The translations under genes were made by a program, and so were the position numbers. DNA of 64,000 nt, from positions 317 through 64,316 of the forward strand of contig DATFCQ010000051.1 in assembly GCA_035252905.1 (NCBI GenBank), written 5' to 3'. Under the pieces are notes generated by a model. That model saw nothing but the letters and a program-made list of their open reading frames with translations, was not told the DNA's origin and searched no databases. Origin of the DNA: Stellaceae bacterium. GTDB taxonomy: Bacteria > Pseudomonadota > Alphaproteobacteria > ATCC43930 > CGMCC-115725. Shown here one piece after another: positions 8,752-17,311 of this stretch (its first letter is position 1; each line of letters starts with the position of its first letter).

Positions 8752-10147
8752 TGCCTGTCCTCCGTTTTCGCCCGCGACCGGAAACGGGCGTCCCTACCGC
8801 AATCCTTCCTGGCGCGAGGGTCCGCGCGTTGACCCCGAGATCGGGCAGATGCAATTCCACATCGCGCGTCTCCGGCCCCATCAGCGCACCGATGATGATC
8901 AGAATGCCCGCGATCCCGACCAGTACCACGGGCGTATAGACATAAGGCATCACCCTGGCCAGGCCGAGCATATAAAGTCCGGCGAAGGCCGGCACGACCA
9001 CCGCCACGCTGTAGCCGATGCCGTAGCCCGAAGCCCGCACATTCGTGGGAAAGCGCTCACACAGGTAGGTCGTGACGATGCCCCAGGGCGAGACCACCAA
9101 CAGATAGAACAGACAGGCGATGAACGTGGTCAGGATCGGATTGCCTCCGCCCAGTCCGTGCGCGACCGCGGCGCTGAACAGCCCGCAACCGAAGATCAGG
9201 ACGATCGCACCGCTGATCACGATGGCCGGCCGCCGCCCGATGATCTGGCTGAACAGGCCAAAGGCCACAAAGGCGAAGAACTGGATAAAGCTGGTGATCA
9301 ATAATCCATTTGTCATAACCTGGCTGGGGACCTTCAATTGCTGGATCATGACGCCGGGCATGACGCCGATCGCCGCTTGCGAGCCGAACCAGAACCCGAG
9401 CATCATCAGCAGGATTTGCAACAGGCTGCGCCGGTGTGCGCCCGACATGACCTCGCGGAGCGGCGCGCCGCTCTTCTCTGCCGCCTCCCACAGCGTCGAC
9501 TCGGGAACGGTGCGATAATAGAGCAGGAACAGAAAGGCGAGGATCGCCCCGAACACGAACGGAATCCGCCATCCCCAGTTATAATATTGCTCCTTTGTGG
9601 TCGCGCCCAGCATGATGGCGGTAATCACGGAGACGAAGAAAAACCCGATCGGATAGGCGCCCTGCAATATACCGCCGACCAGACCGCGCCGGTCCTTCGG
9701 CACCATCTCCAGCGCCAGCGTATTGTTGGAGGTGTATTCGCCGCCCATAAACACGCCGTCAATAAAGCGCAGAGCAATCAGCAATACGAGCGACCAAACT
9801 CCGATGCCCGCATATCCGGGCAGCCAGGAAATGAACAACGTGAACACACCGAACCCGGCGATACTGATCATCGTGGTCCGCCGCCGTCCGATCCGGTCGG
9901 CCCAGTGGCCGAAGATGACGGCGCCGCACGGACGGCCGAGCAGCGTCGATGCAAAGGTGAAAAAGTAGATCGTCGTCGTGGCAGCGGGGCTCAGCCCCTT
10001 CGGCTCGAAATACTCGATCACCGGAGCCAGCACGAGAACCGGCAGGTAGATGTCGAAAAAATCGATGGCGAAGCCGATGCATCCGGCGAGCACGGTGCGG
10101 CGGGCTTCCGGCGACAATGGCTCGGAGCCGATCAGACCTGATTTCAC
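8495..10147 (-). CDS. MFS transporter (metabolite/H+ symporter-like); 3' end uncertain
   Basis: This is the lower part of ORF 8495..11338. GTG 10147 is preceded by GGGAGGG. It has 12 TM-type hydrophobic segments and RIGRRRTTM / DRRGLVGG-type loops. The literal frame has no stop until 8495, so it overlaps the isomerase gene by 257 nt (see finding). Confidence 0.75.
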   Translation of the reverse strand: MKSGLIGSEPLSPEARRTVLAGCIGFAIDFFDIYLPVLVLAPVIEYFEPKGLSPAATTTIYFFTFASTLLGRPCGAVIFGHWADRIGRRRTTMISIAGFGVFTLFISWLPGYAGIGVWSLVLLIALRFIDGVFMGGEYTSNNTLALEMVPKDRRGLVGGILQGAYPIGFFFVSVITAIMLGATTKEQYYNWGWRIPFVFGAILAFLFLLYYRTVPESTLWEAAEKSGAPLREVMSGAHRRSLLQILLMMLGFWFGSQAAIGVMPGVMIQQLKVPSQVMTNGLLITSFIQFFAFVAFGLFSQIIGRRPAIVISGAIVLIFGCGLFSAAVAHGLGGGNPILTTFIACLFYLLVVSPWGIVTTYLCERFPTNVRASGYGIGYSVAVVVPAFAGLYMLGLARVMPYVYTPVVLVGIAGILIIIGALMGPETRDVELHLPDLGVNARTLAPGRIAVGTPVSGRGRKRRTGNDRMESKAGLSAAARQSDRGAGDDRAGAARRILALQPHDRARRARFARRAERAHPHDGRHDRPLRRDAGPGQARHHRIGAYRDEL

Positions 10148-10230
10148 GGTTGCGCCCTCCCGCTGACGTATTGCTTGATAGGGTGAACACCGCGTCGCAG
10201 AGCCTGTTTGAGTCGTCCTGCCGCGAAGTC

Positions 10231-10315
10231 GGCGGAATACGCTACGCTTTTCCGCCCTACGCTTGTCGGAAATATCGTAGGGCGGAAAAGCGCCGCGGGC
10301 GGCGCGCATTCCGCC
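10231..10315. repeat. REP-like palindromic element, copy 2
   Basis: GGCGGAATACGCTACGCTTTTCCGCCCTAC (10231-10260) and inverted GTAGGGCGGAAAAGCGCCGCGGGCGGCGCGCATTCCGCC (10277-10315). Confidence 0.85.
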
Positions 10316-10462
10316 ATTTTTCCTGCGACCTCCGACGGAAGGCCGTTTCTGCGCGCGCTTGAGCGGCGGGCTTGTGCCGGATATAAAATCGGATCCCGTA
10401 CAATGGCTCAGCACGACCCGAGGCCGATCCAGAACCGGCGTTCGGAAGGCAATGGAGCGGAC

Positions 10463-11785
10463 ATGATCCAGGACGCTCAGGGGCATCCCCTTTCCGGCGC
10501 GGCGGAAGCGGCCGTCACCGCATACGATCAGGCGGTACGGGCTTTCAATCTCGTCCATGGCGACTCCGTCGGCCTGTTCGACGCCGCGCGCCAGGCCGCG
10601 CCCGGCTTCGCCATGGCGCATCTGGGAAAAGCCTGGGTCTTGGCCCTGACCAATGATCCCGGCATGATGGCTGAGGCCCAGGCGCTGGTCGAAACCGTCC
10701 GGCCCTTGCCTGTGAACGAGCGCGAAGCGGCCCACCTCGCCGCCCTGTCCCATTTGGTTCAAGGCGCCCGGGCCGCCGCCGTCACGGTGCTGGACCGCCA
10801 TCTGATGCGCTATCCTTTCGACCTCGTCGCGCATCAGGGCGCGGCGCTGACCGACGGATTTCTCGGGCGGTTCCCTTGGCTGCGGGATCGGTCGGCGCGA
10901 GCCCTGCCGCTGTGGTCGCAGGACCGGCCGGGCTACGGGTCGCTGTTGGCCTTTCACGCTTTCGGATTGGAGGAAGCCGGCGATTATGCCCGCGCCGAGG
11001 ACGAGTCGCGCGCCGCCGCCGAACTCGAACCGCTGAGTTTCTGGCCGCATCACACCGTCGCGCATGTCATGGAAATGACCGGCCGCCCGGAAGACGGGCT
11101 GGGGTGGATGGCGGCCCGCGAGAATTTGTGGTCGACCCCCGGCCACGTCAATCAGGTCCATATCTGGTGGCACAAGGCGCTGTTCCATCTCGAGCTCGGG
11201 CAATACGAGGCCGCGCTCGCGCTCCATGACGGCCCGATCCGCGCCATGCAGCGCCCTCTGGGCCTCAGCCTGACCAACGCCACGGCGCTGTTGTGGCGTC
11301 TCGACATGCTCGGCTGCGACGTCGGCGACCGCTGGCACGAGCTGGCGACGTTATGGGAAGGCCGCGCCGACGGGAAATGCCTGGTCTTCACCGACATTCA
11401 CGCCGCAATGGCCGAGTTGCGATCGGGTCAGGAGGCATTGGTCGAGCGGCGGCTCAGGGCAATGCGCGAGACGGCGGCCGGCGGCCGCGAAGCGGCCGCT
11501 CTCTACCGCACCGTCGGCATCCCGGTCGTCGAGGGCCTCGTGGCGTTCCACCGCGGCGCCTACGACCGGGCGGTCGACGCGCTATTGCCGGCTCGTTGCG
11601 ATCTGTGGCAGATCGGCGGCAGCCACGCGCAACGCGACGTCGTGGCCTGGACCTTGACCGAGGCGGCCCTGCGCGCCGGGCGGCGGGAGGAGGCCCTGGC
11701 GCTGGCATATGAGCGCCTCGGGACCCGCCCGCGCAGCGTCCCGAACCGGCGCTTTCTCCGCCGCGCCGAGGACATCGCGGGCTGA
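10463..11785 (+). CDS. tetratricopeptide-repeat protein (TTC38-like family)
   Basis: Within ORF 10208..11785. ATG 10463 has GGAG upstream. The N-terminus MIQDAQGHPLSGAAEAAVTAYDQAV...FAMAHLGKAWVLAL and the all-helical TPR-like repeats fit the family. An alternative start is ATG 10403. Confidence 0.7.
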   Translation: MIQDAQGHPLSGAAEAAVTAYDQAVRAFNLVHGDSVGLFDAARQAAPGFAMAHLGKAWVLALTNDPGMMAEAQALVETVRPLPVNEREAAHLAALSHLVQGARAAAVTVLDRHLMRYPFDLVAHQGAALTDGFLGRFPWLRDRSARALPLWSQDRPGYGSLLAFHAFGLEEAGDYARAEDESRAAAELEPLSFWPHHTVAHVMEMTGRPEDGLGWMAARENLWSTPGHVNQVHIWWHKALFHLELGQYEAALALHDGPIRAMQRPLGLSLTNATALLWRLDMLGCDVGDRWHELATLWEGRADGKCLVFTDIHAAMAELRSGQEALVERRLRAMRETAAGGREAAALYRTVGIPVVEGLVAFHRGAYDRAVDALLPARCDLWQIGGSHAQRDVVAWTLTEAALRAGRREEALALAYERLGTRPRSVPNRRFLRRAEDIAG

Positions 11786-11814
11786 TTGCGCACAGGGACC
11801 GGCGGGGGAAAGCC

Positions 11815-13356
11815 ATGTCTGCGAGCATCGTCCGCGGCCTTGCGGTCGTCACCGAACCGGCCGACCGCCGCCATTGGCGGCAGATCGACGACGGCGCCGT
11901 ATTGCAGCGCGACGGCGTCATCGCCGAGATCGGCCCGTTTGCCGAAGTGTCGGCGCGGCATCCCGATGTTCCGGTGATCGGCAGCGGCCGCCAGGTGGTG
12001 CTCCCCGGTTTTGTCAACGGCCATCATCACATCGGCCTGACGCCGGTGCAGCACGGCTCGCCCGACATGCCGCTCGAATTGTGGTTTGTCACCCGGCTGG
12101 TCATGCGGCGGGTCGATCTCTATCTCGATACGCTCTATTCCGCCTTCGAGATGATCGCCTCCGGGATCACCACGGTGCAGCATCTGCACGGCTGGGCCCC
12201 GGGCGGACTCGACGCGGTCGAAGCGGCGGCGAACGAGGTGATCCGCGCCTATCGGGACATCGGCATGCGGGTCTCCTACTCCTTTGCGGTGCGCGACCAG
12301 AACCGGCTCGTCTATCAGGACGACAAGGCTTTCACGGCGAGCCTGCCGGCCGCGCTGCAGCCGGCGGTGGAGCGCCACTTTGCGCGCTTCCAATTGTCGA
12401 CCGCCGATCACGGCGCCTTGTTCGAGCATCTCCATGCCGCCTATCGCGGCGAGGAGCGGGTCAGAATCCAGCTCGCTCCGGCCAATCTCCATTGGTGCTC
12501 CGATGCGGCGCTCGCCATGCTCGCCGAGCTTTCCGAGCGCTACGACGCCCCGCTGCACCTGCATCTGGTCGAAACCGCCTATCAGAAGGAATATGCGCGG
12601 CGGCGCGGCGGCGGCACGGCTTTCGACATCATCGCCCGTTTCGGACTTCCGGGGCCGCGCCTGACGCTCGGCCACGGCGTATGGCTCAACGAAGCCGATC
12701 TCGACCAGGTTGCCGCGACCGGCACCCATATCTGCCACAATTGCAGCTCCAACTTCCGCCTGCGCAGCGGCCTCGCGCCACTCAACGCGTTCGAGCAGCG
12801 CGGCATCAACACCGCGATCGGTCTCGACGAAGCCGGCATCAACGACGATCGCGACATATTGCAGGAGATGCGTCTGGTGTTGCGCGCGCATCGCGTGCCG
12901 GGAATGGACGAGGCGGAGGTTCCGAGCGTCGGCCAGGTCCTGCGCATGGCGACGATCGGCGGGGCGCTGACGACCCCGTTCGGCAGCCGGATCGGCACGC
13001 TCGCCGTCGGCAAGGCTGCCGATCTCGTTCTAATCGATTGGGACAGGCTCGCCTATCCTTATCTCGACCCGGAAACTCCGATGCTCGATGCGGTGATCCA
13101 GCGGGCGAAGAGCGACGGGGTCGATCTCGTCATGGTCGCGGGCGAGGTGGTCTACGAAGGGGGCCGGTTCACCCGCGTCGACCGTGACGCGGTCTTGCGC
13201 GAATTGCACCAGTCCTTGCAAGCTCCGCGCACCGAAGATGAGAGCGAGCGGCGCCTTCTGGCCAAGACGCTCCTGCCGCATGTCCGCCGCCTCTATGCCG
13301 GATATTTCGATCCCGAGGCGCATCTGCCCTATTATCGGGCGAGTTCGCGCCGGTAG
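11815..13356 (+). CDS. amidohydrolase family protein (deaminase/chlorohydrolase-like)
   Basis: 513-aa ORF. The metal-binding PGFVNGHHHIG motif, later HLHLVET, and the TIM-barrel amidohydrolase layout support the call. Confidence 0.85.
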   Translation: MSASIVRGLAVVTEPADRRHWRQIDDGAVLQRDGVIAEIGPFAEVSARHPDVPVIGSGRQVVLPGFVNGHHHIGLTPVQHGSPDMPLELWFVTRLVMRRVDLYLDTLYSAFEMIASGITTVQHLHGWAPGGLDAVEAAANEVIRAYRDIGMRVSYSFAVRDQNRLVYQDDKAFTASLPAALQPAVERHFARFQLSTADHGALFEHLHAAYRGEERVRIQLAPANLHWCSDAALAMLAELSERYDAPLHLHLVETAYQKEYARRRGGGTAFDIIARFGLPGPRLTLGHGVWLNEADLDQVAATGTHICHNCSSNFRLRSGLAPLNAFEQRGINTAIGLDEAGINDDRDILQEMRLVLRAHRVPGMDEAEVPSVGQVLRMATIGGALTTPFGSRIGTLAVGKAADLVLIDWDRLAYPYLDPETPMLDAVIQRAKSDGVDLVMVAGEVVYEGGRFTRVDRDAVLRELHQSLQAPRTEDESERRLLAKTLLPHVRRLYAGYFDPEAHLPYYRASSRR

Positions 13357-13363
13357 TCATCTT

Positions 13364-13432
13364 GGCGGAATGCGCTGCGCTTTTCCGCCCTACATCGTCC
13401 TCGTAGGGCGGAAGAGCGCAGCGTATTCCGCC
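13364..13432. repeat. REP-like palindromic element, copy 3
   Basis: GGCGGAATGCGCTGCGCTTTTCCGCCCTAC, a 7-nt spacer, then GTAGGGCGGAAGAGCGCAGCGTATTCCGCC. Confidence 0.85.
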
Positions 13433-13463
13433 GACTTCGCGGCACGCGCAATCAAACAGGTTC

Positions 13464-14126
13464 TCAGGACGTTTCCTGCACCGGGGCGAGCAGTCCCACG
13501 TCGTCGTTCTGTATGCTGTTCACTCGCTCGCTTATTGTTGTAATGGTGAGCCCGCTCGTATAGGGAACGAGCAGTCTCTTTGCCGTCGCAGCCGGCGCGG
13601 TCAGCCAGCGCTGATAATCGGCCGGCGCAATGATCGCCGGCATGCGGTCGTGCACTTCGCTGATCAGCTTGCTCGCCTCCGTGGTGATGATCGTGAAGGT
13701 CTCGACGGGCTCGCCTTTGTCCGGCTCCCATCTCTCCCACAGCCCGGCAAAGGCGATCAGCCCGCCATTACGGAGCGCGATCTTGTAGGGCTGCCTCCTC
13801 GCACCCTGGGACCGCCATTCATAAAAACCGTTTGCCGGCACGAGACATCGCTGCGTCTGAAAGGGTGTATTGAATACAGATTTCGTTTCGATTGTGTCGG
13901 CACGAGCATTGATCATGCTGGAACCGATCGAGAGATCGCGCGACCAGGGCGGCACCAGGCCCCAGCGCGCAAGACGAATAACCCTGATTTTTCCTTCGGC
14001 GATTACGATCGGCGCCGACTGCGTCGGCGCAATATTGTATCGCGGACCGAGATCGGCAGCTCCCCCGGTCTTGAACTGCTTTCTGATTTCAGCCGGCGTG
14101 GCGGTGAGATAGAAGCGACTGCACAT
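13464..14126 (-). CDS. SOS response-associated peptidase (SRAP/YedK family, abasic-site DNA-protein crosslink protein)
   Basis: 220-aa ORF starting MCSRFYL (catalytic Cys2), with NIAPTQ and PANGFYEW motifs. Confidence 0.9.
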   Translation of the reverse strand: MCSRFYLTATPAEIRKQFKTGGAADLGPRYNIAPTQSAPIVIAEGKIRVIRLARWGLVPPWSRDLSIGSSMINARADTIETKSVFNTPFQTQRCLVPANGFYEWRSQGARRQPYKIALRNGGLIAFAGLWERWEPDKGEPVETFTIITTEASKLISEVHDRMPAIIAPADYQRWLTAPAATAKRLLVPYTSGLTITTISERVNSIQNDDVGLLAPVQETS

Positions 14127-14198
14127 GCGCCGGATTATAGCACGTCGGTTTACGGCGCAACGGTCTCGACGCGACCGCGGCGGCTTGCCGGGATCGGC

Positions 14199-14975
14199 CT
14201 AACGGATCGACGCCGGTGCCTGCGGAACGGTCTGCCAGAACTCCGGGTCGTGTCCGTAGAAGATGCGGGCGCCGCCCGCTTCGAGCGCCGCGAGCCGGTC
14301 GAGCGAGGCCAGCATCGCGCCGCGGTCGTGGACCCGCTGCGGCAGGCGCCGCTCGCGCAATGTGCGGCAGAAATAGCAGGCATCGGCGGCAAGGACGACT
14401 TCGCCGCCGTCAAGCCGCACCCTCAGCGATTGATGCCCCGGCGTGTGTCCGTAAGTCGGCAGGCAGACGACCGATCCGTCGCCGAAAACGTCGTGCTCGC
14501 CGTCGAGGAGCAAGCGCTTGTGGCCAAGGTCAAAGTCGCGCCGGTTGAAGCCGTGCGGCACGGCGATATCGGGGTCCATGCCGGCATCCCATTCGCGCCG
14601 CTGCACCAGCATCGTCGCGTTGGGAATGAGGGCGTTGCCGCCGACATGATCGAAATGGAGATGCGAATTGATCAGGATGCCGACCCGCTCCGGGTCGCGG
14701 CCGATCGCCATCAGGCGCGCGCTGACCTCCTCTCCCGGGCAATAGTCGAAGTCGAACAATCCGCCGATGCGGGTCCCGACCCGCGCGGTCGGATCGCTTT
14801 GACAGTCCGGGTGCATGCCGCTGTCGAACAGCGCCACGCCCCTCGGATGCTCGATCAGATAGGCAGGGATGGGAACCCTGATCCGGCCCTCGCCGCCCTC
14901 CATCAGACGGCCCAGATCGCCGATAACATGGCCGCAGGTCATCGCGAAGAGCTTGATATCCACCGCTTTCCTCAT
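14199..14975 (-). CDS. MBL-fold metallo-hydrolase, N-acyl-homoserine-lactonase-like
   Basis: 258-aa ORF with the HLHFDHVGGN zinc motif, later GHTPGH, and overall AiiA-like length. Confidence 0.85.
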   Translation of the reverse strand: MRKAVDIKLFAMTCGHVIGDLGRLMEGGEGRIRVPIPAYLIEHPRGVALFDSGMHPDCQSDPTARVGTRIGGLFDFDYCPGEEVSARLMAIGRDPERVGILINSHLHFDHVGGNALIPNATMLVQRREWDAGMDPDIAVPHGFNRRDFDLGHKRLLLDGEHDVFGDGSVVCLPTYGHTPGHQSLRVRLDGGEVVLAADACYFCRTLRERRLPQRVHDRGAMLASLDRLAALEAGGARIFYGHDPEFWQTVPQAPASIR

Positions 14976-15002
14976 GTCGGAGCATCATCCGTCAGCTATG
15001 CC

Positions 15003-16409
<1,407 letters not shown>

Positions 16410-16513
16410 CGGTCGAGAGTGACTCAGGCCGCGCGACCTTGTCCAGCGGTGCCAGGAACCCGTTTGAGCGGGCCTTGCGTGACGCCTTTCGCGGCATCCG
16501 CGGGCCGCCTGTT

Positions 16514-16544
16514 CCGCCTGTTTTTTCAGGTGAAAAACAGGCGG
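16514..16544. other. perfect 12-bp inverted repeat (hairpin) in the long asnS upstream region
   Basis: CCGCCTGTTTTT-TCAGGTG-AAAAACAGGCGG read directly from the sequence. Its function is unknown. Confidence 0.4.
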
Positions 16545-16732
16545 CGCTACCCATCGACCGATAATTGTACGGGCAGCCCCGACGAAATCCGATCCTGCGC
16601 ATCGCAGCTTGCGGGAACCTACATCATCAATGCTGATTTGTCAATAAGAGATTGCTTTCTTGGCACTGTCGAGATGCGACTTGGAACCCGATCCTGTGGC
16701 GCTCCAAGGCATTCGAGAGCCTGTGTTCATAG

Positions 16733-16768
16733 ATTCCGGGTTCGCGGGCGATGCCCGCGCCCCGGAAT
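16733..16768. repeat. imperfect palindromic intergenic element (ATTCCGGG...CCCGGAAT type)
   Basis: ATTCCGGGTTCGCGGGCGATGCCCGCGCCCCGGAAT. This resembles short dispersed elements common in Bradyrhizobiaceae-type genomes (recollection). ATTCCGG recurs at 16776. Confidence 0.5.
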
Positions 16769-16796
16769 GACAATAATTCCGGATTCTTGCCCAGCC

Positions 16797-16855
16797 GCTG
16801 CGCTATTCCGCCCTACGAGGACGGTGTAGGGCGGAATAGCGCAGCGCATTCCGCC
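16797..16855. repeat. REP-like palindromic element, copy 4 (first arm 5'-truncated)
   Basis: GCTGCGCTATTCCGCCCTAC, a spacer, then GTAGGGCGGAATAGCGCAGCGCATTCCGCC. Confidence 0.8.
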
Positions 16856-16875
16856 AAGCTGAACCAAACAGGCGC

Positions 16876-17295
16876 TCAGCATTGCATCAATTCGATGCTG
16901 ACGCCGTCGGGGGCGGCGACGTAGCACAATAGATTGCCGCCGACGCCTTTCTTCAGCTCGACCGGGAAACGCACGCCTTTGGCCTGCAGCGCGGCGCAGA
17001 AGGCGGCGAGATCGCCCTGGTACAGAAAGCCGAAATGGTCGGTTCCCCACGCATTGTGGCTGGAAAAATCCGCATAGTGCCGGATCGGTCGCGCGGCGAC
17101 CGGGTCTTCGCCCGGCCGCCGGCCGCGGATCAGGATCGTCATGCCGCCGAGATCGACAAAGATCTGCGGAGCGCCGCGAGCGATCGCGTCGGCGGCGATC
17201 GTGGCGCCGAACATCTCGACATACCATTCGGCCGAGGCTCTGGGATTTTCGCTGATGATGTGGACATGGTCGAATTTGAACGCCGGGTTGCTCAT
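16876..17295 (-). CDS. VOC (glyoxalase/dioxygenase) family protein
   Basis: Within ORF 16876..17310. ATG 17295 gives MSNPAFKFDHVHIISENP...HFGFLY...APDGVSIELM. It begins 16 nt after the stop of the fused CoA-transferase gene. Confidence 0.8.
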   Translation of the reverse strand: MSNPAFKFDHVHIISENPRASAEWYVEMFGATIAADAIARGAPQIFVDLGGMTILIRGRRPGEDPVAARPIRHYADFSSHNAWGTDHFGFLYQGDLAAFCAALQAKGVRFPVELKKGVGGNLLCYVAAPDGVSIELMQC

Positions 17296-17311
17296 GATTT
17301 TGCCCCGCACA

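Noticed and set aside
16514-16544. 12-bp perfect hairpin upstream of asnS considered as an intrinsic terminator or leader/attenuator
   Set aside because: No U-run follows the stem on either strand because the T-run is part of the stem. No upstream gene needs termination here, and alphaproteobacterial asnS is not known to me to use T-box control. I kept it only as a low-confidence structural feature.
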